64,000 bases of DNA, taken from NCBI GenBank assembly GCA_963663115.2, contig CAXXNE010000001.1:81862-145861 (forward strand), written 5' to 3'. Positions 47,141 through 57,655 of the stretch are shown in pieces (positions within the stretch are counted from its first letter, which is position 1; each line of letters starts with the position of its first letter). This stretch comes from an uncultured Paludibacter sp. GTDB lineage: Bacteria > Bacteroidota > Bacteroidia > Bacteroidales > Paludibacteraceae. The notes below the pieces were generated by a model. That model saw only the letters and a program-made list of their open reading frames with translations, was not told where the DNA came from and did no database searches. Position numbers and translations under genes: made by a program.

Positions 47141-47328
47141 TAATAACAGCCGAAGGCTAAATATCAAGACCGTAGGGAGTAATAACAGCGAAGCGAATAT
47201 CAGCCGTAGGCTAAATATCACGACCGTAGGGAGTAATAACAGCGAAGCGAATAACAGCCGAAGGCTAATATCAGGCGTAGCCGAATAACGTGACCGAAGG
47301 AAACAAATATCACGACCAAAGGGAGTAA
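47141..47328 (+). repeat. array of ~10 mini-hairpin units (AATAWCA + stem-GNA-stem)
   Basis: Units include AGCC-GAA-GGCT, GC-GAA-GC, AGCC-GTA-GGCT, GGC-GTA-GCC and CC-GTA-GG, spaced 15-22 nt apart. Confidence 0.85.
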
Positions 47329-47344
47329 AACAGGAGTTTTTTTG

Positions 47345-47352
47345 TACTTTTG
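47345..47352 (+). promoter_or_regulatory. candidate -7 box TACTTTTG for ruvX-def
   Basis: Perfect TAnnTTTG 25 nt upstream of the ruvX ATG (47377). Confidence 0.45.
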
Positions 47353-47376
47353 CAGTCGGAAATTAAATCAGCAGAT

Positions 47377-47790
47377 ATGGCAAGAATACTTTCGATAGAT
47401 TATGGCAGAAAAAGAGTGGGACTGGCTGTGACAGATGCGTTACAGATTACAGCCAATGCTCTGGATACTGTTGCCACGGATAAAGTTCTTGATTACATAA
47501 AAGCTTATACCCAACGTGAAAAGGTGGAAAAGTTCGTGATGGGTTATCCAATGCAAACGAATGGCAGGGAATCAGAATCGATGCAGTATATCAGACCGTT
47601 TGCTGACGTTCTGAAGAAAAACTTCCCGGATATCGAACTCATTTATGTCGATGAACGTTACACATCGGTTATGGCTCACAAAACCATGCTCGATGCCGGA
47701 CTTAAGAAAAAAGACCGACAGGATAAATCACTGGTGGATAAAATAGCTGCAACTATCATTTTACAAACATATCTGGAAAGCGTTCGTTAA
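47377..47790 (+). CDS. ruvX: Holliday-junction-resolvase-like YqgF/RuvX nuclease
   Basis: MARILSIDYGRKRVGLAVTD... is the YqgF signature. The start is moved to the ATG at 47377, since the tracked ORF begins at a TTG. Confidence 0.85.
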   Translation: MARILSIDYGRKRVGLAVTDALQITANALDTVATDKVLDYIKAYTQREKVEKFVMGYPMQTNGRESESMQYIRPFADVLKKNFPDIELIYVDERYTSVMAHKTMLDAGLKKKDRQDKSLVDKIAATIILQTYLESVR

Positions 47791-47860
47791 TGAATAATGG
47801 ATAATTCATAATTGACTTTCAAACTTTATAACTTTACAACTTTCAAACTTCATCAACTAT

Positions 47861-48406
47861 ATGATTCTCCCGATTTACACATACGGCAATCCCGTTTTAC
47901 GCAAAATAGCAGAACCTATAACCAAAGATTACCCACAGCTACCTGAACTGATTAACAATATGTTCGACACCATGTACAACGCCGATGGTGTTGGACTGGC
48001 TGCTCCGCAGGTAGGTTTACCTATACGACTTTTAGTAATTGATTTGGCTCCCTTTAAGGAAGAAAATCCGGAACTTGGAAGTTTCAGAATTGCGATGATT
48101 AATCCTGAGATTATATCATTCAGCGATGAGGTAGTTTCGGGCGAAGAGGGTTGTTTAAGCATTCCCGGCATACATGAATCGGTAAACAGAGCACAGAAAA
48201 TTGTTATTAAATATGTCGACACCGACTTTAATGAACATACAGAAGAATACGAAGGTTACAAAGCCCGTGTTATTCAGCACGAATATGACCATTTGGAAGG
48301 AAACCTTTTTACCGATAAAGTAACACCCATTCGCCGACAATTACTCAAATCGAAACTCACCAACATAGTGAAAGGCAAAGCACGCACTTCGTATAAAATC
48401 AGATAA
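47861..48406 (+). CDS. def: peptide deformylase
   Basis: Contains the motifs GVGLAAPQ, EGCLSIPG and HEYDHLEG. Confidence 0.95.
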   Translation: MILPIYTYGNPVLRKIAEPITKDYPQLPELINNMFDTMYNADGVGLAAPQVGLPIRLLVIDLAPFKEENPELGSFRIAMINPEIISFSDEVVSGEEGCLSIPGIHESVNRAQKIVIKYVDTDFNEHTEEYEGYKARVIQHEYDHLEGNLFTDKVTPIRRQLLKSKLTNIVKGKARTSYKIR

Positions 48407-48602
48407 GGCAGCAAACGGTAAGCTGCAAGCAGCAAGCAATTGATAGTTTTGAGTCCAAAGTTTTTTTCAATGCAATTAATATCAGACTATAGGAAGTAAT
48501 AAGTTAATAGGGGGACAAGCGAACCAACGTTCCGATAGACTTCGGCGTGAGCTTAGTCGAACGCTATTGAAACGTTGGTTCGCGAGACCCTAAAATGCAA
48601 TT

Positions 48603-48701
48603 CAGCGTAGCTAATATCAGCCGAAGGCTAATATCACACGAAGTGTAAATAACAGGCGAAGCCTAATAACACGACCGAAGGGAGTAATAACAGCGAAGCT
48701 A
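48603..48701 (+). repeat. second array of 6 GNA-triloop mini-hairpin units
   Basis: AGC-GTA-GCT, AGCC-GAA-GGCT, CAC-GAA-GTG, GGC-GAA-GCC, CC-GAA-GG and AGC-GAA-GCT. The last unit overlaps the stop codon of the convergent HTCS gene. Confidence 0.85.
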
Positions 48702-51700
48702 ATTCTCCGTTTCCTTCCTGTCTTCCAAATCTTTTTTATATTCCGAAGGAGTCATGCCATACACTTTTTTAAAGCATTTGCTAAAGTAGCGTGAATCACT
48801 CATACCCACCATATAGGTTATCTGCGATACATTGTATTCTCCCGAACGAAGTAGCTGTGCAGCTCGTTTGATACGCATTTCCCGGATAAATTCTATCGGA
48901 GCTAGTCCGGTGAGCCCTTTCAGTTTATTGAAGAAAACCGTACGACCAAAAGCCATTTCGGAAACCATTTCATCAACCGTAAGTTCGCTGTTATCAATAT
49001 TCTTCTCCATAAAATTGAGCAGTTTAGCCAGAAAAACTTCATCCTGCGATTGCATTTCAACCTTTTGCGGTTCCAAATCGAGCAGATGCTTGCGATAACG
49101 TTCCTGCAAACGACGGCGTTGCTCCAGAATATTTTCGATACGGGCTTCGAGCAATACCGGACTGAAAGGCTTGGTCAGGTAATCGTCGGCACCCGATTTC
49201 ATGGCTTCCAACCGGCTTTCCACAGCAGTTTTGGCGGTGAGTAGCAGCAAAGGAATATGACTGGTTTTATCATTTTGCTTCACAGCATCAGTCAGTTGCA
49301 AACCATCCATGTTCGGCATCATCAAATCGGAAATAATCATATCCGGAACTAATCTTAACGCTTTTTCCAAACCTATTGCACCATCGGCTGCCGTTTCAAT
49401 CCTGTAATGTTTTTCGAGGAATTTGGTCAGGAATTTACGCATATCGTCGTTGTCCTCCACAATCAGAATTTGCGGTGCTTCCTTAATAGACACAAACGAT
49501 TCAATATCGTCGGGTAAATGCTGAATTTTTTCAACACCGGCCTTTTCGTATTCCGATTCCAGTTCATCTTCCACCACAAAATCCACATCGTTACCATAAT
49601 GTTCTTTTCCACTGAGGAAAGTTACCATAAATGTAGTTCCCTTTTCAGGTTCGCTTTCCACTTCAATAATTCCTTTGTGCAAATCCACCAGTTCTTTAAC
49701 CAGATTGAGTCCGATACCCGTACCACGTTGATTTCCAAGATTCTGAATCTCGTTGGCCGATGTAAACCGTTCGAACAATACCGAACGTTTTTCGCGCGGA
49801 ATACCAATACCTTCGTCTTTCACGATAATTCGCACATCGCCTTTAGAGGATGCAAACTCAACGATGACTTCAATTTTTTTACCGTTTTGAGTATACTTAA
49901 ATGCGTTTGACAACAGGTTATAAATAATAATGTCGGTTTTATCTCTGTCGATCCACAACACAGCATCAGCTGCTTTATTCGATATCAGGAAAGTTAAATT
50001 TCTATCGAGCGCTTCTTTACTGAAATTTGAACATATATCTTTCAGCAATTTATCCAGCTTGGTTGGTTGTATTTTCAACCTCATTTTCTTGTTCTGAATC
50101 TTTCTGAAATCTAGTATCTGATTGATTAAACGCAACATACGGGTAGCATTTCCCTGTACTACCTGCAATTGCTCCTTAATATTTTCATTGATTCGTTCGG
50201 TGGTAAGGATATTCTCAACCGGGCCAAGAATCAGCGTTAACGGAGTGCGTAACTCATGCGATATATTGGTAAAAAAGCGCAATTTTATATCGGTCACTTT
50301 TTGCTCCACTTCCACTTCGTTTTTGAGCTTGGTATAAGTGGTGGTAAGATAATATACCAGATAGAGGATGAGCATAAAAATCAGAAAATAAATGATATAT
50401 GCAAAAGGTGTTTCCCAAAACGAAGGCAGGATAACAATTTTAAGTATCTTTTCGTTTTCAACCCAAACACCTTCGTTGTTGGTGGATTTTACCTTAAAAT
50501 AATAGGTTCCTTTGGGTAAATTTGTATAAGTAGCTTTGCGTTGCGATTGAACGTAGTTCCAGTCAGTCTCAAAATTTTCGAGTTTAAATGCATATTTAAT
50601 TTTGTCGGGGTGCAAATAATCCAGCGCCACATATTCTATACTGAAAACTGATTGTTTATGCGTCAGTCTGATCTCGTCGGAATACCCGATGCTGTTTTCC
50701 AGAGGCGATCCCTCCTCACCTACTTTCACGTTGTTGTTAAACAACTGAAAACGTGTAAATTCTATCGACGGTTTTTCCTGACTTGGCTGAATTTTAACTG
50801 GTGAAAAATAAGCATATCCTTTATTTCCACCAAAATACATCACACCTGCCCGCGAATACAAACTGGCAGCTTCCGAAAAATGAGCGTCAGATTTGCCATC
50901 GAACAAATCGTAATTCTGGAAGAATTTACTTTTCGAATCGAAACGGGAAATGCTATTCTCCGACGAAAACCACAGGTATCCGTTTTTATCTTCCAATATG
51001 CTCAACACAATATCACTTGTCATGCCATCTTTTATGGAATAATTCTCGAAACTTGCCGGATTTTCGGCGTTTGCTTTCGACATCAGTTTATTCAGTCCGC
51101 CGCCAAAAGTACCAATCCATAATTGATTTTGATGATCGAGACACAGATAATGCACGTCATTGTTCGACAAGCTATTGTTTTTATCGGGAAGTTTTTCAAT
51201 GTAAAATTCTTTCATTCCCGGAGCCAAAAAGTTATCAATCTGAAGCATTCCGTTAGCAGTTGCCACCCACAGGGTATTACTTTTATCCTGCAGCAGATGC
51301 CTTACTTTTGAGCAGGTCTGAATAGGATAATTATTGAGTTTATTGCGGAAATTCAAAAACGATATTTTACCATTCACCTCACTAACCACATTTAATCCAC
51401 CACCAAAAGTACCAACCAATATCCGTCCCTTGTTGTCTTCAATAATGCTGTACACATTATCGTTCGACAGGCTTGTATTATCCAATGGGTTATTCACAAA
51501 ACGCTGCATCACAAACTGAGTTCTGCTTTTTGGTTTCAACAATAAAATACCACCGCCTTTGGTACCTATCCATATATTTTGTTTTTTATCCTGATGAAAA
51601 CAATAAGCCAAATCGTTCAGTTTCGCTCCACTGTTTAAACCTCCGTTTTGCGACAGAATTCCGAGTTCGTTCATATTACTATCGAGAAAACGAATGAAAC

Positions 51701-53129
51701 CATCTTTGGTAGCCATCAGAATATCGCCATTCGACAATTGCGACATAGCACGTACTTCGTTGGAAGTGAGTGTATTCTGTATTTTATTCACTTTACCTGT
51801 TTTAAACTGAGGTGTGGTAAAGCTTATTTTTTCGAGACCTTTGTTGTACGTACACATCCAGATATTTCCGGTTCTATCGGCATATACAGAGTGAATCACA
51901 TTCGAAAACCTACTGGATGGCGAAGCCGGATTATTGTAAAAATACTCCAGTTCATCGGTCTGACGGTTATAATACGAAAATCCACCTCCCTGCGGATTAA
52001 TCCATACTCTTTTACGCACATCTTCAATCACAATAAAATTCGGAAGCACCGACACACGGCTTACAGCATCGGTTTGAGGTTTGAAGTATTTCACGCTGTT
52101 ATCGGACAGTCTGTACCGGAAAACTCCAACCTGTTCACTTTCGAGCCAGGCGGTTTTGTAAGAATCAATTTTTACCGAAATAAAATTATTATTCAGAATG
52201 GTAGGATGATTCAACGAATTGAATCCGGTAATTTGTCCGTTGGCTATATTGTAAATAAAAAAACCAAAGTTTCTGGTAGTGAGAATCAAATGTTGCTGAT
52301 CAATAGCGGCAATATCGGTAATTAGCGAACTAACACCAAGCAGGATTTTATCGAAACGATTCGATTTTACCGAGAATTTCCACAAAACACCGTTTTTATC
52401 ACCAAACCAGATAAAATTTTTAGTTCCTAAAAACGAATGGAATGAATTGGCCGAGCTGCTTGACCCCGGTTGATAGGTTTTAATTTGATTCGATTCAGTA
52501 CTGATGCAATGTAAAGCATTATTAGTACCGAGCCATATATTTTTTTGCTGATCTTCCTGTACAAAATTAACAAGATTGTCGGAAATCTGATTTTTTGAGA
52601 ATGTTGAATATTCGTAGGTAGTAATTTCGCCTGTTTCCGGATCGGTTACTACACGAATAGCACCAATATCGTTTGTGGCTATCCACAATTCGCCATTGAC
52701 TGTTTCAATAAAGCGGCGGTTGCGCTCCACACCGTAACTGTATCTGCTGGTGGCAAAGGGCAAACTGTAAAACTTTTCCTTTCGTGGGTCGAAACGATGT
52801 ATTCGTCCATCGTAGGTCTGAAACCAAATATAGCCAAGTTTATCTTCGTGAATATAATCGATACGGTTGGTGGAAATATTACTCTGATCGCCTGGATGCG
52901 ATTTAAAAACCGTAAATTCATATCCATCGAATTTATTCAGTCCGTCCCAGGTGCCAAACCACATAAAGCCCTTGCTATCCTGCATAATAGCCATAACTGT
53001 GTTTTGCGATAGTCCGTTTTTTACCGAATAATATTCGAACGAAACATCTTCCTGCGCGAATAAACGAAAAGATGTAAGCAAAAAAATGAGAAAGAGAACT
53101 GACTTTTTCATGACCATAATATTGAGCAA
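48699..53129 (-). CDS. hybrid two-component system protein: periplasmic beta-propeller/Y_Y_Y sensor, histidine kinase, receiver, AraC-type HTH
   Basis: 1476 aa with H-box SHELRTPLT, an ATPase region (GTGIGLNLVKE), a receiver (ISDLMMPNMDG...LTAK) and a C-terminal AraC HTH. The start is probably MKKSVLF at 53111. Confidence 0.9.
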   Translation of the reverse strand: MLNIMVMKKSVLFLIFLLTSFRLFAQEDVSFEYYSVKNGLSQNTVMAIMQDSKGFMWFGTWDGLNKFDGYEFTVFKSHPGDQSNISTNRIDYIHEDKLGYIWFQTYDGRIHRFDPRKEKFYSLPFATSRYSYGVERNRRFIETVNGELWIATNDIGAIRVVTDPETGEITTYEYSTFSKNQISDNLVNFVQEDQQKNIWLGTNNALHCISTESNQIKTYQPGSSSSANSFHSFLGTKNFIWFGDKNGVLWKFSVKSNRFDKILLGVSSLITDIAAIDQQHLILTTRNFGFFIYNIANGQITGFNSLNHPTILNNNFISVKIDSYKTAWLESEQVGVFRYRLSDNSVKYFKPQTDAVSRVSVLPNFIVIEDVRKRVWINPQGGGFSYYNRQTDELEYFYNNPASPSSRFSNVIHSVYADRTGNIWMCTYNKGLEKISFTTPQFKTGKVNKIQNTLTSNEVRAMSQLSNGDILMATKDGFIRFLDSNMNELGILSQNGGLNSGAKLNDLAYCFHQDKKQNIWIGTKGGGILLLKPKSRTQFVMQRFVNNPLDNTSLSNDNVYSIIEDNKGRILVGTFGGGLNVVSEVNGKISFLNFRNKLNNYPIQTCSKVRHLLQDKSNTLWVATANGMLQIDNFLAPGMKEFYIEKLPDKNNSLSNNDVHYLCLDHQNQLWIGTFGGGLNKLMSKANAENPASFENYSIKDGMTSDIVLSILEDKNGYLWFSSENSISRFDSKSKFFQNYDLFDGKSDAHFSEAASLYSRAGVMYFGGNKGYAYFSPVKIQPSQEKPSIEFTRFQLFNNNVKVGEEGSPLENSIGYSDEIRLTHKQSVFSIEYVALDYLHPDKIKYAFKLENFETDWNYVQSQRKATYTNLPKGTYYFKVKSTNNEGVWVENEKILKIVILPSFWETPFAYIIYFLIFMLILYLVYYLTTTYTKLKNEVEVEQKVTDIKLRFFTNISHELRTPLTLILGPVENILTTERINENIKEQLQVVQGNATRMLRLINQILDFRKIQNKKMRLKIQPTKLDKLLKDICSNFSKEALDRNLTFLISNKAADAVLWIDRDKTDIIIYNLLSNAFKYTQNGKKIEVIVEFASSKGDVRIIVKDEGIGIPREKRSVLFERFTSANEIQNLGNQRGTGIGLNLVKELVDLHKGIIEVESEPEKGTTFMVTFLSGKEHYGNDVDFVVEDELESEYEKAGVEKIQHLPDDIESFVSIKEAPQILIVEDNDDMRKFLTKFLEKHYRIETAADGAIGLEKALRLVPDMIISDLMMPNMDGLQLTDAVKQNDKTSHIPLLLLTAKTAVESRLEAMKSGADDYLTKPFSPVLLEARIENILEQRRRLQERYRKHLLDLEPQKVEMQSQDEVFLAKLLNFMEKNIDNSELTVDEMVSEMAFGRTVFFNKLKGLTGLAPIEFIREMRIKRAAQLLRSGEYNVSQITYMVGMSDSRYFSKCFKKVYGMTPSEYKKDLEDRKETEN

Positions 53130-53273
53130 TAATGATGCTTTCGAAAATTTAAGGATAACTTCTGTTCTGGTATTAAATTTAAAAAGTTTAAACTACAAAA
53201 TCATATATAATTGAAATATACGATTTTAATTAATAAACTTTACAACTTTTTTACTTTGAACTAAACTACAAAT

Positions 53274-53314
53274 ATAGAAAAATCCGGATGAAATACAATT
53301 ATCTCATCCGGATT
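53274..53314 (-). terminator. Rho-independent terminator downstream of uxaA
   Basis: An 11-bp stem AATCCGGATGA / TCATCCGGATT (53281-53291, 53304-53314) with a 12-nt loop. A T-rich run follows on the minus strand, and an A8 run follows on the plus strand. Confidence 0.7.
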
Positions 53315-53324
53315 TGAAAAAAAA

Positions 53325-54809
53325 TTAAAGTGTAACTCCCGTTTTGAAAATAGCAATTTCGCGGTAGTTTTTCTTTTCGTTATTTACCTGCTCGCCACTT
53401 GCCACACTGATAATATAGTCGATAAAGCGCTCTTTTACCTGCTCAATTGACTCATTTTCAACAATAGTTCCGGCGTTGAAATCAATCCACGTACCTTTAC
53501 GATTAAACAATGGTGTGTTAGTTGAAATCTTCATGGTAGGAACAAAACTTCCGAACGGAGTTCCGCGTCCTGTGGTAAATAAAACCATATGACAACCACT
53601 CGCAGCAAGTGCTGTAGCAGCCACAAGGTCGTTACCCGGCGCGCTCAACAAATTCAAACCTTTGGTTTTGATACGTTCTCCATACATCAATACATCCTGA
53701 ACCAGCGCTTTACCACATTTCTGTGTACATCCCAGCGATTTTTCTTCCAGTGTAGAAATACCTCCGGCTTTATTTCCCGGTGATGGGTTTTCGTAAATAG
53801 GTTGATTATTTTTGGTAAAATATTCTTTGAAATCGTTGATCAGAAATACAGTTTTATCGAACATATTTCTGTTCACACAACGGTTCATCAGTATAGTTTC
53901 AGCGCCAAACATTTCAGGGACTTCAGTGAGTACGGTGCTTCCGCCCTGGGCAATCAGAAAATCGGAAAATACACCCAGCAACGGATTGGCTGTGATGCCC
54001 GAAAATCCATCCGACCCACCACATTTCAAACCAATTTTCAATTCTGCAAGCGGTACATCCACACGTTCATCTTTCGATACCACATCATAAATTTCGCGCA
54101 AAAGGGTCATTCCTTCTTCATATTCATCGTCTACCTTTTGCGTTTCCATAAATTTGATACGGGTTTCATCCACACCGCCCAGCAATTCACGGAAATATTT
54201 TACCTGATTGTTTTCGCAACCTAAACCGACAATCAGCACACCACCGGCATTTGGATGCATCACCATGTCCCGCAACACTTTACGTGTATTTTCATGATCT
54301 TCACCTAATTGCGAACAGCCATAATTGTGCGGATAAGCCACTATAGCATCAACGCCTTGAAGTTGAGTTTCCATGCGCAGCTTTTCAGCTAATGAATTTA
54401 CAGTGCCATTCACACAACCAACGGTTGGAATCACCCAAATTTCGTTTCTCACTCCCACTTCGCCATTGGCACGTTTGTAACCTTTAAAAGTCAGTCCGCG
54501 GTTTTCAATGTCCAGTTGTACATCTTTTGGATGATATTCGTAATCGAGTAATCCTTCCAGATTTGTTTTGATGGTAGTTTCGTTCACCCAGTCACCCTGC
54601 TTGATGTCAACACGCGCATGACCGATGGCATAGCCGTATTTTACCACATTTTCTTTTTCGGCTACATCGGCTAAAGCAAATTTATGTCCCATAGGGATTT
54701 CGGCATTGATGATAATTTCAACGCCATCAACTACCACCACTTCGCCGGCTTGCAACGCTTCGAGCGCCACAGCCACATTATCGGCAGGATTTATTCTAAG
54801 ATATTTCAT
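53325..54809 (-). CDS. uxaA: altronate dehydratase
   Basis: 494 aa with an SAF-type N-terminus (MKYLRINPADNVAVAL) and the large UxaA C-terminal domain. It lies adjacent to uxaB. Confidence 0.85.
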   Translation of the reverse strand: MKYLRINPADNVAVALEALQAGEVVVVDGVEIIINAEIPMGHKFALADVAEKENVVKYGYAIGHARVDIKQGDWVNETTIKTNLEGLLDYEYHPKDVQLDIENRGLTFKGYKRANGEVGVRNEIWVIPTVGCVNGTVNSLAEKLRMETQLQGVDAIVAYPHNYGCSQLGEDHENTRKVLRDMVMHPNAGGVLIVGLGCENNQVKYFRELLGGVDETRIKFMETQKVDDEYEEGMTLLREIYDVVSKDERVDVPLAELKIGLKCGGSDGFSGITANPLLGVFSDFLIAQGGSTVLTEVPEMFGAETILMNRCVNRNMFDKTVFLINDFKEYFTKNNQPIYENPSPGNKAGGISTLEEKSLGCTQKCGKALVQDVLMYGERIKTKGLNLLSAPGNDLVAATALAASGCHMVLFTTGRGTPFGSFVPTMKISTNTPLFNRKGTWIDFNAGTIVENESIEQVKERFIDYIISVASGEQVNNEKKNYREIAIFKTGVTL

Positions 54810-54912
54810 TTATTCTTGTTTTTTAGAAATTAGAAATTGAGAAATTAGTTTAAATACACTACAATTGAATCACATACTGCATTTTTCTTAATTTCATATT
54901 TTCTGAATTACA

Positions 54913-56409
54913 TTACTCATCAATATGCGGAAGTTCAAAGTCAACTTTAACCGACAGGCTAAAGCGTTTCGAAACAATAGAACGAACAGCTTCTTTCATG
55001 CCGAATTCCTGAATCAAACGAAGATAAAATGTCAGTTTTTCTGTTAATCCCGGAACTGCATTCAGATTTTCGTCCCAGATAAACTCCGCAGCCAGTACGC
55101 CTTTTGCTACTACTTCCACATCGTTCAAACTCCAGAGAATTTTCAGCAAGTCCACAATAGCTTTATCATCGTTCGGAACAATTTCTGTATTACCACGTTT
55201 TCCACCTTTGTAATAAGTAATTATGGCTGCCAAACCCAAAACAATTCCTGAAGGCAATTCGCCTTTTCTTTCCAGATATTTTTTCAATCCCGGCAGATCG
55301 CGCGTTTTGAATTTTGGAAACGAATTCAGCATAATGCTGGTAAGTAAATGGTGTACAAACGGGTTATTGAAACGTTCCACCACATCGTCGGCAAATTTTT
55401 TCAACTCCGATTTTGGCAAATCCAGTGTTTCAATCAATTCTTTGTACATTACCATGTAAATGAACTTCGACATTACTTCGTCGCGCAAACATTCTTTCAC
55501 AATGTTCAAACCCGATAAATATCCAACAGGCGACAAAACGGTATGAGGACCGTTCAGCAAAGTTACTTTACGTTCGTGGTATGGTTTTTCGTCCGGAACA
55601 AACAACACGTTCAGCCCGGCTTTATCAGCAGGAAATTCTTTGGCAACGCTTTTTGGAGCTTCAATCACAAACAGGTGGAAAATTTCAGCCTGAACCACTA
55701 ATTTATCTTCCAATCCGATTTTTTCCAAAATTTCGTTGATAGTAGCACGTGGGTAACCCGGCACAATTCTATCAACTAACGTAGAATATACTCCACAAGC
55801 TGTATCGAACCAGTTTTGGAAATCAGCACCCAGATTCCACAATTCGATATACTGATTGATTGTTTTTTTCAGTTCAGTTCCGTTGTGGAAAATAAGTTCA
55901 CACGGAAAAATAATCAATCCTTTATCGGCAGCGCCGTTGAAAGTTTTAAAACGATGATAAAGTAACTGAGTCAGTTTTCCGGGATATGAACTTGCAGGAG
56001 CATCGTCGAGTTTACATTCAGGATCGAAAGCAATACCGGCTTCGGTGGTATTTGATACCACAAAACGCATTTCAGGTTGCTCAGCCAACTGCATGTACGA
56101 TTCAAATTCGGTATATGGGTTCAACGAACGGCTGATCACATCAATCAATTCAATGCTGTTGACAGTGTTTCCTTTGTCAAGTCCCTGAAGATTTACATGA
56201 TACAAACCATCCTGTTCATTCAGCATATCAATCATACCTGTTGGAAGCGGTTGAACTACAACTACACTGGAGTTGAAATCAGCTTTCTGATTCATATTAC
56301 AAACCATCCAATCGATAAATGCACGAAGAAAATTACCTTCTCCAAACTGGATAATACGTTCAGGATAAGTTTTGGTAATGTTTGCCGAAGCTCTGTTCAA
56401 TCTTTCCAT
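54913..56409 (-). CDS. uxaB: tagaturonate reductase (altronate oxidoreductase)
   Basis: 498 aa, mannitol-dehydrogenase family, with N-terminus YPERIIQFGEGNFLRAFIDWM. Confidence 0.85.
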   Translation of the reverse strand: MERLNRASANITKTYPERIIQFGEGNFLRAFIDWMVCNMNQKADFNSSVVVVQPLPTGMIDMLNEQDGLYHVNLQGLDKGNTVNSIELIDVISRSLNPYTEFESYMQLAEQPEMRFVVSNTTEAGIAFDPECKLDDAPASSYPGKLTQLLYHRFKTFNGAADKGLIIFPCELIFHNGTELKKTINQYIELWNLGADFQNWFDTACGVYSTLVDRIVPGYPRATINEILEKIGLEDKLVVQAEIFHLFVIEAPKSVAKEFPADKAGLNVLFVPDEKPYHERKVTLLNGPHTVLSPVGYLSGLNIVKECLRDEVMSKFIYMVMYKELIETLDLPKSELKKFADDVVERFNNPFVHHLLTSIMLNSFPKFKTRDLPGLKKYLERKGELPSGIVLGLAAIITYYKGGKRGNTEIVPNDDKAIVDLLKILWSLNDVEVVAKGVLAAEFIWDENLNAVPGLTEKLTFYLRLIQEFGMKEAVRSIVSKRFSLSVKVDFELPHIDE

Positions 56410-56854
56410 AAAAAACTAATTTTAAAATTTAAAAAAATTATAATATACTGTATAATAATAAATTAACACAAATTAAAGAAGTTCCGTATGGGCAATAAAA
56501 TAGCCCAAAAATCTGTACATGATTTTTCCAAAGGCATAAAATGAAGGTAAATATACTACATTTATACCCGAATTGTATCGTAATATTGATTTGTTGGTTA
56601 ACAGCAGTTTGTGAACGAATAAAAACTAATTTAAAGGCACATTTACTGTCTATTGATGTACTCCGTGTCCGCACACGGAGTATTCACGGTACAAAAGTAC
56701 GACATATATTTCAATCAGCAAAAATATTTCTAAAAATGTGTGCGCACACGGAACATCAGAAGTCTGCGCAACTACTAACTATACATTTCATTACTAGCAA
56801 TATAGATATAAAAATAAATTACAGAAATTTTTCTTTATTTATATTCAATAAAAA

Positions 56855-56884
56855 TAAAAAAACCGGTTATTTCTAACCGGTTTT
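56855..56884 (-). terminator. terminator downstream of fabG, structurally bidirectional
   Basis: A 9-bp stem AACCGGTTA / TAACCGGTT (56861-56869, 56874-56882) with loop TTTC. It is flanked by an A-run and a T-run. Confidence 0.75.
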
Positions 56885-56908
56885 CTAAAACATAAATGTT
56901 AGTTATAA

Positions 56909-57655
56909 TCAGGTGTTCATACCACCACAAACATTGATTACTTGTCCGCTTACATAGCTTGATAAGTCTGAAGCAAGGAAAAGTGTCACTTTGGCTACTT
57001 CGTCGGGACTTCCGCCGCGGCGTAAAGGTATTAATTCAGCCCATTTTGCGCGTTGCTCATCGTTCAAAGCGTGAGTCATTTCAGTTTCGATAAAGCCCGG
57101 AGCAATGGCATTGGCACGAATTCCTCGTGTTCCGAATTCTTTGGCTACAGATTTTGCCAAACCTATCATACCTGCTTTCGAAGCTGAATAGTTCGCCTGT
57201 CCGGCATTTCCTGAAACTCCAACCACAGAACTCATATTGATAATGCTGCCTGAACGTTGCTTCATCATCACCGGAGTACATGCATGTATAAAGTTAAACG
57301 CCGATTTCAGGTTTACGTTAATCACCGCATCCCACTGACCTTCGCTCATACGCATCATTAAACCATCTTTGGTTATACCGGCATTGTTTACGAGTACATC
57401 TACACGACCGAATTCTTTTACAATTTCGTCGACCACTGTATGTGTTTCATCAAAATTTGCAGCATTCGATGCATATCCTTTAGCTTTTACACCCAAAGCT
57501 TCAATTTCTTTTTGTGTGTTCAATGCATTTTCGTCGATATTCAAATCGGTAAAAGCAATGTTACAGCCTTCTGAAGCTAATTTAAGTGCAATTGCTTTTC
57601 CGATTCCGCGGGCTGCACCAGTTACGATAGCTACTTTTCCTTCTAAAAGTTTCAT
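56909..57655 (-). CDS. fabG: 3-oxoacyl-[ACP] reductase
   Basis: Contains GAARGIGKAIA, NNAG and YSASKAG. 248 aa. Confidence 0.9.
   Translation of the reverse strand: MKLLEGKVAIVTGAARGIGKAIALKLASEGCNIAFTDLNIDENALNTQKEIEALGVKAKGYASNAANFDETHTVVDEIVKEFGRVDVLVNNAGITKDGLMMRMSEGQWDAVINVNLKSAFNFIHACTPVMMKQRSGSIINMSSVVGVSGNAGQANYSASKAGMIGLAKSVAKEFGTRGIRANAIAPGFIETEMTHALNDEQRAKWAELIPLRRGGSPDEVAKVTLFLASDLSSYVSGQVINVCGGMNT

Noticed and set aside
46842-47288. ORFs encoding SELRTQN repeats (99 aa, minus) and NNSRRLNI... repeats (98 aa, plus)
   Set aside because: They are artefacts of translating the heptamer microsatellite and the mini-hairpin array, with no coding signal outside the repeats.
51648-52325. 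225-aa plus-strand ORF and many other 60-150-aa plus-strand ORFs between 48.8 and 53.0 kb
   Set aside because: They are antisense shadows of the 1476-aa HTCS gene, whose domains are recognisable end to end. The shadow ORFs have low-complexity, motif-free translations.
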